This document shows positions 1 to 8,276 of a DNA stretch of 33,907 bases, one piece after another. How positions within the stretch are numbered: position 1 is the first letter of the stretch; the number at the start of each line of letters is the position of its first letter. Location: positions 1 to 33,907 of the IMG/VR virus record IMGVR_UViG_3300030330_004915, one strand, 5' to 3'. The position numbers and the translations under genes were made by a program. Below the pieces are notes generated by a model. The model was given only the letters and a program-made list of their open reading frames with translations, searched no databases and was not told the DNA's origin. Source of the stretch: a virus (lineage: Duplodnaviria > Caudoviricetes).

Positions 1-516
1 GCATTAGGCACTGGCTATTTTCTGGCCTTGAACTCCGCCAATTCAGCCAGCAGTGGTGCAAACTGGCAAAGCATTTCCAACACCACTCTTGGCTTGCAGA
101 ATGATTCAGCAATCAATGGAAGTGGCTACAACTATGTTGCATATTTTTTCGCGGCTGTCGAAGGCTATAGCGCGTTTGGAGAATACGATGGCAACGGGTC
201 ATCTGATGGTCCGTTTTTGTATACAGGTCATCGTCCCGCATGGATCATGGTGAAATGCCATAACGCATCAACATCTAGTACCAACTGGATTATTTGGGAT
301 ACAGCGCGTGATTCATTTAACATGGCCGAAATACCATTACGCGCTGACCTAGGTGACCAAGAAATTGCTTCAAGTGATAACTATGATATAGATATTTTAA
401 GCAACGGCTTTAAAATTAGAACTTCAAATGGCGGCATAAATCACGGCTCAAGATCGTATGTTTTTGCTTCTTTTGCTGAAAATCCCTTCCAATCTAACGG
501 CGGTTTAGCTAGATAA
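1..516 (+). CDS. C-terminal part of a tail fibre / virion structural protein (5' truncated by the window edge)
   Basis: Frame is open from base 1. Gly/Ser/Asn-rich sequence with YxGNGSxDGPFxYxGxRPAWIMVK and a terminal FAENPF, a repeat type I recognise from marine phage tail proteins. Confidence 0.65.
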   Translation, partial: ALGTGYFLALNSANSASSGANWQSISNTTLGLQNDSAINGSGYNYVAYFFAAVEGYSAFGEYDGNGSSDGPFLYTGHRPAWIMVKCHNASTSSTNWIIWDTARDSFNMAEIPLRADLGDQEIASSDNYDIDILSNGFKIRTSNGGINHGSRSYVFASFAENPFQSNGGLAR

Positions 517-576
517 TTAATTAACAAGTAAAAGGCTGTTTAGCGAGTAAAATTAAATTAGAACGCACCATTGTCT

Positions 577-963
577 ATGGTCGGTTCGGAATTGGATCTA
601 GTTTTCAACCTTGAATGTTTACAAAAAAGGTCTGCTAGAAAACGATTTCGACGAAGTATTCTTGACGAGTGGCCTGAGTGTGCCTACTGCGGTAGAAAAC
701 ACCCAACCACTCTTGATCACGTAGTGCCTCGAGCAAAAGGAGGTAGCCAAGATCGCAAAAACCTTATCGGTGCTTGTGGCGCATGTAATCTGGAAAAATC
801 AGATATGCCTTGGTTTGAGTGGTACAGAGGTCAAATTTTTTGGACACCAGAAAGGGAGGACAGGATTTTGAGCTGGATTAACCAGCCTGATCCTGAGCCT
901 CCCTCTCCTGTATTTATCAACTGGATGGAAAAAGGAGCTCTTCTTCTTCCAGAAGCAGCTTAA
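577..963 (+). CDS. HNH endonuclease
   Basis: CAYCG...TLDHVVPRAKGG...NLIGACGACNLEK is an intact zinc-binding HNH motif. Confidence 0.9.
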   Translation: MVGSELDLVFNLECLQKRSARKRFRRSILDEWPECAYCGRKHPTTLDHVVPRAKGGSQDRKNLIGACGACNLEKSDMPWFEWYRGQIFWTPEREDRILSWINQPDPEPPSPVFINWMEKGALLLPEAA

Positions 964-1160
964 ACCGTTGTAGGCACACACCCAGACGGACCGTGGGCCT
1001 TCATCTTTTGGATAAGTTTCCGCTGATGATGACGGTTTTCTGGACGAGAGAAAAAAGGATCTTCTTTGACTACTTCGATCGCCTCTAACGTCTGTTCGCA
1101 AGACATTTGCCAGTCGTAAGGACTGGTTGATACGATCATCGCCAGAGCAAATTCGATCAT
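960..1160 (-). CDS. hypothetical protein
   Basis: 66-aa ORF with a hydrophobic N-terminus and an ATGA overlap with the upstream minus-strand ORF. Confidence 0.6.
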   Translation of the reverse strand: MIEFALAMIVSTSPYDWQMSCEQTLEAIEVVKEDPFFSRPENRHHQRKLIQKMKAHGPSGCVPTTV

Positions 1161-1333
1161 TTTTTCGCAACCTTAGTCACGATTCCAGCGATCATCTCGA
1201 TAACTTTGTAAAACTTGGCGTAAAGTTCATCGTCTTTGGGAGTCGGGGTGACGTTAACGATTGCGAGTGCCAGGAGGTGTGCAGCACCAGCAATACCTAC
1301 GATGCTCGACCAGTTTTCTAAAAGAAAAGCCAT
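1157..1333 (-). CDS. small membrane protein, holin-like
   Basis: Not in the ORF track. Translates to MAFLLENWSSIVGIAGAAHLLALAIVNVTPTPKDDELYAKFYKVIEMIAGIVTKVAKK: hydrophobic helix, TPTPKDD motif, basic C-terminus. Confidence 0.6.
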   Translation of the reverse strand: MAFLLENWSSIVGIAGAAHLLALAIVNVTPTPKDDELYAKFYKVIEMIAGIVTKVAKK

Positions 1334-1381
1334 GACTAAAAATTAGATACAATATAAATATAGTCCTATAAGTGCATACAA

Positions 1382-1642
1382 ATGCCAGCGATTCTTGAAG
1401 ACGCAGTTAAATCGATTATGAAAGAAAACCCCGATATGAAGAAAGGGGCAGCGTACGCTATTGCAACAAAACAACTTCAGAAGTCTGGCGATTTGAAAGA
1501 GGGTACAAATCAAGCCACGAAGAAAGGGGACCACCGTGGCGAAATGACAAAAGCAGACCGGGCAAAAACTCGAGCAAGGAAATATAAAGAAGAACGAAAA
1601 CGCGGTAAAAAAGACGAGCGCAATACCAGCGGGCGTGACTGA
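1382..1642 (+). CDS. small basic hypothetical protein
   Basis: 86 aa, K/R-rich, with an AYAIATKQLQKSG motif. Confidence 0.75.
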   Translation: MPAILEDAVKSIMKENPDMKKGAAYAIATKQLQKSGDLKEGTNQATKKGDHRGEMTKADRAKTRARKYKEERKRGKKDERNTSGRD

Positions 1643-1647
1643 TACCT

Positions 1648-2250
1648 ATGGAGTTGTTGCTCCCTGATATTAAGCTTCCGAAAATTAAGAATTTTCCGGA
1701 ACCTGTTATCGATTACTTGGCACCTTTACCCCCTAACTACCCGGTGGTTTTGGTGCCTTCTTATCGTCCAGGTAAAGCAGAAGCTTACCTACCGAAAGTC
1801 ACTCCAAAAGGTCCTGTGCCTGAGCCAGGACCTGAAAAAACTGTTGCAGAAAAAATTGTTGAAGAAGTTGTAGATGCAGTCCAACCTGCCTTGGATTCAC
1901 ACACTGACGCTATCGGTAATCTCAGAACTGATTTAGATAAGTTCATTGTCGAAGTCGAAGAAAAAGAAATCGAAGCGTCAGAAGTAGTTAATAGTGTTGC
2001 TCTTCCTGGGGGTATCGAGATCCCGATCCCTAAGCCAGAGATTTTAGTAGCAGCGGGTACAACAGCCACAGTCTCTGTAGGCGCAACACTTTTAGCCACT
2101 TCTGTTTTCAAAAAGTGTGTATCAGCGTTTAAACCTGCGATTAAACAGGTTATTAATCGCGTTCAGAGGAAGCTTGGGAAGAAGCCGGTAAGTTGGAGTA
2201 GGCAGCGATTGGCACAACGTCGTCGCAAATCGCCGAGTACGGAGAATTAG
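1648..2250 (+). CDS. hypothetical protein, Pro-rich, with a C-terminal hydrophobic segment
   Basis: 200-aa ORF ending in IPIPKPEILVAAGTTATVSVGATL and a basic tail. Confidence 0.7.
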   Translation: MELLLPDIKLPKIKNFPEPVIDYLAPLPPNYPVVLVPSYRPGKAEAYLPKVTPKGPVPEPGPEKTVAEKIVEEVVDAVQPALDSHTDAIGNLRTDLDKFIVEVEEKEIEASEVVNSVALPGGIEIPIPKPEILVAAGTTATVSVGATLLATSVFKKCVSAFKPAIKQVINRVQRKLGKKPVSWSRQRLAQRRRKSPSTEN

Positions 2251-2670
2251 GGCGTATCATGTACCCCTTTTCGTACATGGCGGTGCATTCTCGTATCCTT
2301 GTAAGCAAGATATCGACTCTTTTTTGTTGTATTTTCTTTCTGCCCAGCTCCTTACAAATTTCCTGTGCAGAGCCATCTAGCGGAATAGCAAAACTGATTT
2401 GAGCGCCATAATTTTCACTTCTGGAGTACTCCGGATGAAAACCAGCGCCAAGATAAAAAGGTGTAAACACCATAGTGCCGCTATTGCAGAAATGCCCAGT
2501 TCCGAGTCCTTGTGTGCTGTAGGAGCCTTGATTGATCTGTACCGCGCTATTGGTTACTGAGCCAGTTGAAGACGCCTGTGGGTTTGCAATAACTGTAGTC
2601 CCGTCATTCGTTTGAGCGTTGACAGGACTACAAGTCAAAAATACTACTGAGAGAACACACTTAACGACGT
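2153..2670 (-). CDS. cyanophage-type exported protein (start uncertain)
   Basis: Signal-like CVLSVVFLTCSPVNA followed by ANPQASSTGSVTNSAVQI and NYGAQISFAIPLD. There is no ATG at the expected start. Confidence 0.65.
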
Positions 2671-3003
2671 GGTAGTAGATTCGATTTCGATCGTGCGCTC
2701 GACGTCTTGAGTTTCGATCACACCAGCTGCCCGAGTGACAATTTCCAGTTGCCAGTTCGTGGCTCCCGTGTTCATCGAGTAAGTCGTGTTGGTAGCCCCG
2801 ATCGCACCACTCGGAGTTACATTGTGACCCGTGACGCTGCTGTAAGCGCCACCGTACTTCTCGATCTCGATCGTTTCGGTAATCGTTTGTTCGGTGGTTG
2901 TGGTACTGTTCATCGAGCCCTGGGTGAAGCCAGGCGCTGTTTGTGCAAAAGCCCCTAAAGGACTGAAAAGGCTTAAAAGGGTAAGCCATAAGAATGTTTT
3001 CAC
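2644..3003 (-). CDS. exported Thr-rich protein with signal peptide
   Basis: Signal peptide ending in AFA, then PGFTQGSM and a terminal SLSVFSQ. I recognise the pairing with the downstream gene from cyanophages. Confidence 0.75.
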   Translation of the reverse strand: MKTFLWLTLLSLFSPLGAFAQTAPGFTQGSMNSTTTTEQTITETIEIEKYGGAYSSVTGHNVTPSGAIGATNTTYSMNTGATNWQLEIVTRAAGVIETQDVERTIEIESTTTSLSVFSQ

Positions 3004-3251
3004 GGCTTAGTTTTTGGTGGGGTGTTCCCCTCTACTTTAGGCTCTTTTTGCTTTCTATTTACATCTGAAGCACGACTGATTCCATACCCAGCTAAAGATC
3101 CAGAAAAAATACTGGCGATAAAAGTTGGGTCCATTTTCTGAAAATAACCCATATAAGAGAGTGTCAACAACGCTGCACTCCAACTGAGCACTGAGACTTT
3201 GACTATCTCAGCTAACCATTCGTATGAACGCTTATTTTCATCTTCGCTCAT
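3000..3251 (-). CDS. small two-TM membrane protein
   Basis: Starts MSEDENKR and contains VLSWSAALLTLSY and MDPTFIASIFSGSLAGYGI. Confidence 0.7.
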   Translation of the reverse strand: MSEDENKRSYEWLAEIVKVSVLSWSAALLTLSYMGYFQKMDPTFIASIFSGSLAGYGISRASDVNRKQKEPKVEGNTPPKTKP

Positions 3252-3306
3252 GGCTGAGAAGTATTCTCTAGTCCTATAAACTATAAGAGTTAACAGGGAT
3301 TTGTAA

Positions 3307-3537
3307 GTGGCAGAAACTGCAAAGAAAAAACATCCTGAAAAATGGGCTAGAGCTAAGGCAAAAGCTCGCAAGAAAATGGGAGGACACTCTGCACGCGCTA
3401 TGCAATTAGCGACTAAATATTATAAGGAAATGGGCGGTAAGTACGAAGGTAAAAAATCAAGCAAAAATAAGCTTTCTAAGTGGAGCAAGGAGGATTGGCA
3501 GACAAGAGAAGAGTATGAGAAGAAGAAGAAAAAATGA
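3307..3537 (+). CDS. basic protein resembling the N-terminal half of DUF5872-like proteins
   Basis: HSARAMQLATKYYKEMGGKY...LSKWSKEDWQT. Confidence 0.65.
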   Translation: MAETAKKKHPEKWARAKAKARKKMGGHSARAMQLATKYYKEMGGKYEGKKSSKNKLSKWSKEDWQTREEYEKKKKK

Positions 3538-3668
3538 CCGGCAAAAAGCAGGAACGTAAACTGGTGAAAATTGCCAGGAAGGCTCAAGAATGCCTTACTC
3601 GCGAAGAGGCACAGAAACTCTTGCGTAAAGCACGTAAAATATTTAAAAAGCTAGACCAGCGTGGCTGA
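3534..3668 (+). CDS. 44-aa basic protein
   Basis: Not in the track. MTGKKQERKLVKIARKAQECLTREEAQKLLRKARKIFKKLDQRG, with an ATGA overlap upstream. Confidence 0.6.
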   Translation: MTGKKQERKLVKIARKAQECLTREEAQKLLRKARKIFKKLDQRG

Positions 3669-3876
3669 CAAAGCACGAGAAAAAGGACGTACTGAAAGGT
3701 ATCTACCTAAGTCGGCTTGGGCTGCAATGTCAAAGGAGGAGCGTAAAGCCACCGACGAGAAAAAAAAGCGGGCTACACGAGGTAAACCTGTAAACACCCA
3801 TGTAGCCAACACTGAAAAAGCCAAACGGGCTGGCAAAAAAGCTCGGTCGTACAAAGCATCTAAGAACAATGGCTAA
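3661..3876 (+). CDS. basic protein resembling the C-terminal half of DUF5872-like proteins
   Basis: ERYLPKSAWAAMSKEERKATDEKK...HVANTEKA. Confidence 0.65.
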   Translation: MADKAREKGRTERYLPKSAWAAMSKEERKATDEKKKRATRGKPVNTHVANTEKAKRAGKKARSYKASKNNG

Positions 3877-4003
3877 ACAAGGACCTTGCTGGGATGGTTA
3901 TGTTATGGAGGGAATGAAAAAAAGTAAGAAATCGGGGAAAATGGTGCCAAACTGTGTAAGAGCTAAGAAAAAAGCTCGGTCCTACAAGAAGTCAAAAAAA
4001 TGA
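3869..4003 (+). CDS. 44-aa basic protein with a CWxGY...KMVPNCV motif
   Basis: Not in the track. MAKQGPCWDGYVMEGMKKSKKSGKMVPNCVRAKKKARSYKKSKK. Confidence 0.7.
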   Translation: MAKQGPCWDGYVMEGMKKSKKSGKMVPNCVRAKKKARSYKKSKK

Positions 4004-4155
4004 CCGATCAAGCTTGCCCTATGCCTCCTTCTAACGATAAGAAAGAAGGAAAGGTTCTTCATTTCAATCGCCCCAAAACTCAAAAAGAGGCTTACTGGGA
4101 AGAGCGATGTGAAAAAGATCCTCAGTCACCGGGTTGTTTGATTTACGACGATTGA
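4000..4155 (+). CDS. cp12: CP12-like protein (C-terminal motif only)
   Basis: Not in the track. The 51-aa ORF ends WEERCEKDPQSPGCLIYDD, matching the CP12 C-terminal C-x8-C-xx-YDD motif. Confidence 0.65.
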   Translation: MTDQACPMPPSNDKKEGKVLHFNRPKTQKEAYWEERCEKDPQSPGCLIYDD

Positions 4156-4463
4156 TCGTCAAACAACTCGTAAGAATATCCCATCGCACCTCCTAGAGGT
4201 TCGTCTTTGTTGCTGCCAGTGTCTTGCAGCCCATAGAATTGTGCTTGAATAAATTTTGCTTCCTCTTCTTCCCAGTCATCGACTAATTTTTTTGCATCTT
4301 CGTCCAGCTGTACCATTAACAGCTGTGTACGCCACTCAGTCCAGTCGTCGAAACAGTGAGTACACGCACGTTTTATCCAGGGGTTCAGTTTGATGTTTGG
4401 TTGAAACCTTGACCAAAACTGAATTAGTTCGTACACAAAAGCGTTGAACTTGTTGTACGTCAT
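4143..4463 (-). CDS. hypothetical protein
   Basis: 106-aa ORF with an ATG start and an acidic C-terminus. Confidence 0.6.
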   Translation of the reverse strand: MTYNKFNAFVYELIQFWSRFQPNIKLNPWIKRACTHCFDDWTEWRTQLLMVQLDEDAKKLVDDWEEEEAKFIQAQFYGLQDTGSNKDEPLGGAMGYSYELFDDQSS

Positions 4464-4540
4464 GGCCCGAATATTATCGCTTTAAATCTAAGTCACTATC
4501 TATCCGACTAAACTAGATATATTCACTATGTTTTTTAGAA

Positions 4541-4942
4541 ATGGCTCAGGTCACTTTCAACCGTGAGCTGGGGGCTAATCCAGCTGGCATCACTCGCTTT
4601 GCACAGCACCGCACCGAGGATGGCGGTAACGTCACAGTTAACTCAACAGTTGAAGACACTTCTGAAGGATCGGAGAAGAGAGCTGATAAGCACGGAGTCA
4701 CTTCAAGCACCACTGGAACAGGAACTGTCACTCTTCAAGCCGGTTCTCAAAATGTAGGCCGTGTTTATATCCGTAGCGGTGTTAACGGAGATGTTTTAGG
4801 GGAAGTTCACTCACCCAAAATTTCTAACCGTCAGGACGTGTCTTTCACCTTCAGCGTGGGAGGGTCAATCGAAAACTTCCTGTACGTAGAGAAAACCGAT
4901 CGCTCCCCTTGTGTTTACCGAGTGACGTATACCGCTGCGTGA
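4541..4942 (+). CDS. hypothetical protein, possibly a virion protein
   Basis: 133 aa, T/G/S-rich and beta-prone, with an AT-rich upstream region. Confidence 0.7.
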   Translation: MAQVTFNRELGANPAGITRFAQHRTEDGGNVTVNSTVEDTSEGSEKRADKHGVTSSTTGTGTVTLQAGSQNVGRVYIRSGVNGDVLGEVHSPKISNRQDVSFTFSVGGSIENFLYVEKTDRSPCVYRVTYTAA

Positions 4943-5269
4943 TTGTAATATTTAAACACATGCGGTTTTCACAGTGACCGATCCCAATAACCGGGAATGT
5001 GTTTTGGCTAAGAAAATATTAGAAACGTTAGAAGAGGGAGGTAAAACTTCCTCTTCTTACTATGTTTCTATGCAAGAAACGGTAAAAGCTTGTGAAAAGC
5101 AGGAATTTGAACCTACCGATACTGAGTGATCCCTTATTGTACTTAGCTTATACAATTGCTATAAGCCCCAAAAATTTCACTTACTTGTTTAATTCTTTTC
5201 TAAAAAGTTATTTGCTGGTGTTGTTATTAGCGTTCACTCTTGTCAAAATTAGGCGGAAGAGGAGCGACA

Positions 5270-6079
5270 ATGACTCGCCAAGGAGAGGATAAGCATCCTC
5301 TGATGGGCCAGTCTTTACTGGCAAAACACGATACTTGGCTGACCAGAGTGCCCCTCGAACACTCGAAGCTTCTTGCTGAAGAAAAACTTTTTGTGTCCAG
5401 GGGCTCAGCCTGGGAGTGGTCCAAAATTATTCTTACTGCTGGTGAGCAGTTACGAGAAGTTCGTCTAGCTTCTAGCCCTGACACACCGTGGTATTTTTAT
5501 GCACCTCACTGGAAAATAATCAACGACGGAGAGGGAAAAATTTCTTTCAACCCAAAACACCACATACAGCTCAACGCACCATATATCAAGAAGTTACTTG
5601 ATGAGGATAAAACTTTTTTTACGAGTGCCTGTTTCACAGTTTTAGAAACTGTAAAACCTAGTGAAACATCGTGTGATGACTACGCTGATTTAATTCTTGA
5701 AAACGGCGAACCGACTGAAGCTTGGGTTCAGCTTAAAACTTTGGAACAATGCGGTTTACATGCCGAGTTCCGTCAAGACGGAAATTGGGACGATGTGGAC
5801 GAGTTACTGGTCGCTGGTGTCCCTGTGCCAATGGGCATTTTGCACTACGGTCCATATGAAAATCCTACCGGCACTGGTCACTGGATAGTCGCTGTTGGTG
5901 CTACCAAAGACCGCGAATCCTTGATAGTCCATGACCCGCTGGGCGATCTCGATCTTGTTGAAGGCGTGTATATCTCGGAGCACGGTGCTTTTCAAAAGTA
6001 TTCAAAGCGATACCTAGAGTCCCGTTGGATGGTTGAAAAGGGCTATAGTTCCGGTTGGTACATAAAAGTAAAACAATGA
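5270..6079 (+). CDS. C39-like peptidase family protein, catalytic Cys possibly lost
   Basis: GVPVPMGILHYG...GTGHWIVAVG...IVHDPLG supplies the His and Asp. The N-terminal HDTWL..P...WYFYAPHW segment resembles the cyanobacterial accessory domain. Confidence 0.7.
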   Translation: MTRQGEDKHPLMGQSLLAKHDTWLTRVPLEHSKLLAEEKLFVSRGSAWEWSKIILTAGEQLREVRLASSPDTPWYFYAPHWKIINDGEGKISFNPKHHIQLNAPYIKKLLDEDKTFFTSACFTVLETVKPSETSCDDYADLILENGEPTEAWVQLKTLEQCGLHAEFRQDGNWDDVDELLVAGVPVPMGILHYGPYENPTGTGHWIVAVGATKDRESLIVHDPLGDLDLVEGVYISEHGAFQKYSKRYLESRWMVEKGYSSGWYIKVKQ

Positions 6080-6288
6080 CTACATACAACAGAATTTTTG
6101 AAGAGTGGGACGCAGAGCAAGAAAATAGAAAGGCTCTTTTTACAGATTTTTTATATCAACGATCGGGTCGCACCAACGGTTTGTTTACCGGTTTATGGGA
6201 TGAGTGGTGCCGAGAAGCAGGTATCCAAGCTCGTGAAGAACATTTCACTGCTGTGAAATCTGGAGAAGGTAAAATTAAAACAGCATAG
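6076..6288 (+). CDS. hypothetical protein
   Basis: Overlaps the upstream stop and contains LYQRSGRTNGLFTGLW. Confidence 0.7.
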   Translation: MTTYNRIFEEWDAEQENRKALFTDFLYQRSGRTNGLFTGLWDEWCREAGIQAREEHFTAVKSGEGKIKTA

Positions 6289-6298
6289 AATGTATTAA

Positions 6299-6535
6299 GT
6301 GGCGCAGCGCGATTATGGCAAAGAATATCGTGATTACCACGGTACAGAACGTCAGAAAAAACGTCGTGCTGCGCGTAACAAGGCTCGCAGACATATGGAA
6401 CGGTCTGGCAGAGTATCTAAAGGAGACGGACGGGAAGTCGACCACAAAGACTACAACCCGGAGAACAACAACTCTTCGAATCTTCGGATAGTCAAAGAAA
6501 AAACTAACCGCGAGAAACAACCAAAACGAAGCTAA
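6299..6535 (+). CDS. small HNH-like protein
   Basis: RDYxKEY...RNKARR...GDGREVDHKDYNPENNNSSNLR...NR. Confidence 0.75.
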   Translation: MAQRDYGKEYRDYHGTERQKKRRAARNKARRHMERSGRVSKGDGREVDHKDYNPENNNSSNLRIVKEKTNREKQPKRS

Positions 6536-6544
6536 ACTTAAATT

Positions 6545-7057
6545 ATGGAACAATCCAATTTTTTACAGCGACCCGGCGGTTTGGGTCCAATGCCTCCTCT
6601 AAAACCGTTAGGCATGGCTATGGCAAGCCCTGCCTCATATATGAATGACGATATCAGCATTACCGCTCGTAGAGCGCAGTATACGGATGATGTGAACCGT
6701 ATTTTCGCTCAGTACAACGTCGACATGGGGACATACGCTCGTCCCCCCGTGGGCGCGTTGCCTTATGGAGACGGAAATATTACTAAGTCACAAGAAACCA
6801 CAGGCTTAGTCGGGTACAACCATCAAGGAACTCCTCTTCCCGAGAGACCGATGGATATGAGTCAAGAGAAATATTTAGCGGATTCAGTCAACGCTGTAGA
6901 TCCGGTCATGAGAGCTAATGTTCAAGCTCTAACCCTTCTGCCCAAGCAAAACTTCTTGAACACTCAAGAGTTAGGACCTTTAAATCTGGCGAATGATTAT
7001 CGCAGGCGCGATGATCTTTCACTCCAAGAACAAGTCTTAGGAGGCACAAAATCATGA
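6545..7057 (+). CDS. hypothetical protein
   Basis: 170-aa ORF. Confidence 0.7.
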   Translation: MEQSNFLQRPGGLGPMPPLKPLGMAMASPASYMNDDISITARRAQYTDDVNRIFAQYNVDMGTYARPPVGALPYGDGNITKSQETTGLVGYNHQGTPLPERPMDMSQEKYLADSVNAVDPVMRANVQALTLLPKQNFLNTQELGPLNLANDYRRRDDLSLQEQVLGGTKS

Positions 7058-7197
7058 TGCGTAGCGAGCAGATGGGACCTACCCGCATGGCAGGTATGGC
7101 CTTGGGTATGAAACCTTATGATATGGCTCGTGCTGTAAGTAATCCTTCAGAACTGACTTCACGACTGCGTTATCAACAGACATTCCCTAGAAGTTGA
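7054..7197 (+). CDS. 47-aa Met-rich hypothetical protein
   Basis: Not in the track. MMRSEQMGPTRMAGMALGMKPYDMARAVSNPSELTSRLRYQQTFPRS, with an ATGA overlap. Confidence 0.5.
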   Translation: MMRSEQMGPTRMAGMALGMKPYDMARAVSNPSELTSRLRYQQTFPRS

Positions 7198-7226
7198 GGT
7201 AATGTGATCCGAGATCGTCCTCGGAT

Positions 7227-7922
7227 ATGCATTCCGTAAAGCTTGATTGGATAACGCCTGAGGCTGAAAAAGTTATTGCACGCCACGCTCGGGTGTCTAC
7301 GTCAGATCCCGAACGGGAAGAGTACGCCAGACTTCTTTCGTATTGCATCAAGCATGGACACTGGTCGATTCTTGAGCAAGCAAATGTCAGCTTCGAAATT
7401 ATCACTTCCAGAGCAATTTCTGCTCAGCTGATCCGTCATAAATCCCTGTGCTTTCAGGAACTGTCGCAGCGTTACACCAATCCTTTTTATACGTTGCCAG
7501 ATGGGATCCATGATCGACCAGAGGAGTTTCATATTAGAAAACAAGCAGAAAAAAATCGCCAGTCAAGCACTGAAGAAATAGATACTGGCTTGCTTGCCAG
7601 TTTCAGAGACCGCATTTACTTAGTGGATGCTCAGCTGCACTCCCTCTACGACGACATGCTCGAAGCAGGCGTGGCGCGTGAGTGTGCTCGTAACATCCTC
7701 CCCTTGTACACCCCCACAAGACTCCACGCAAATGGCTCTGTCAGGTCGTGGGTTCATTATGTCGGCTTGAGGGCTAAAGAAGATACTCAGCTTGAGCATC
7801 AACTCATCGCTCGTCAAATCGCCATGATTCTTGGGATTGAGCTACCGACAATTGTAAAAGCAGTTGTACAGACAGATGATCACTCGCTAGATGGTTGGCG
7901 ATTTTTATCTGAGGTGTCTTGA
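7227..7922 (+). CDS. thyX: FAD-dependent thymidylate synthase
   Basis: HGHWSILEQ, RAISAQLIRHKSLCFQELSQRY, GVARECARNILP and QLEH motifs. Confidence 0.95.
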   Translation: MHSVKLDWITPEAEKVIARHARVSTSDPEREEYARLLSYCIKHGHWSILEQANVSFEIITSRAISAQLIRHKSLCFQELSQRYTNPFYTLPDGIHDRPEEFHIRKQAEKNRQSSTEEIDTGLLASFRDRIYLVDAQLHSLYDDMLEAGVARECARNILPLYTPTRLHANGSVRSWVHYVGLRAKEDTQLEHQLIARQIAMILGIELPTIVKAVVQTDDHSLDGWRFLSEVS

Positions 7923-8077
7923 TCCTCCTCGACCCAGTATCCAATAGTTGTCTCCTCCTCGATAAAACCCATGAGGTTGGCAAGAGCTTGATCAAGAAGC
8001 TCCTGATCCTCTTCTGACAGCTTCTCTACAAGCTCGTCAACTTCTTGATCGATTTTGTCATTGAGTTCTTCAGACAT
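7880..8077 (-). CDS. small acidic hypothetical protein
   Basis: Starts MSEELNDK and is D/E-rich. Confidence 0.6.
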   Translation of the reverse strand: MSEELNDKIDQEVDELVEKLSEEDQELLDQALANLMGFIEEETTIGYWVEEDQDTSDKNRQPSSE

Positions 8078-8276
8078 CTTCAAATCCCTCAAGAAAGGCT
8101 TGACGAGCTTCTTCGTTAATTCTTTTACGAAGGTAAGCAATTTTATCGTCTACAAGGTGTGAGCTTGATACGTATGTCGCACATGTAAACCCGTCTCGTT
8201 TAAGTTCTACTCTAATTAATTCAGGACCTACGTTTTCTACGGAGACTTGCTCTTCACTCACGACTGGTTGTTCCAA
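8070..8276 (-). CDS. hypothetical protein
   Basis: 68-aa ORF packed into the minus-strand gene run. Confidence 0.6.
   Translation of the reverse strand: MEQPVVSEEQVSVENVGPELIRVELKRDGFTCATYVSSSHLVDDKIAYLRKRINEEARQAFLEGFEDV

Noticed and set aside
5031-5056. GAAGAGGGAG/CTTCCTCTTC hairpin as a terminator
   Set aside because: It has no clear U tract and lies within a possible short ORF, so its role cannot be supported.
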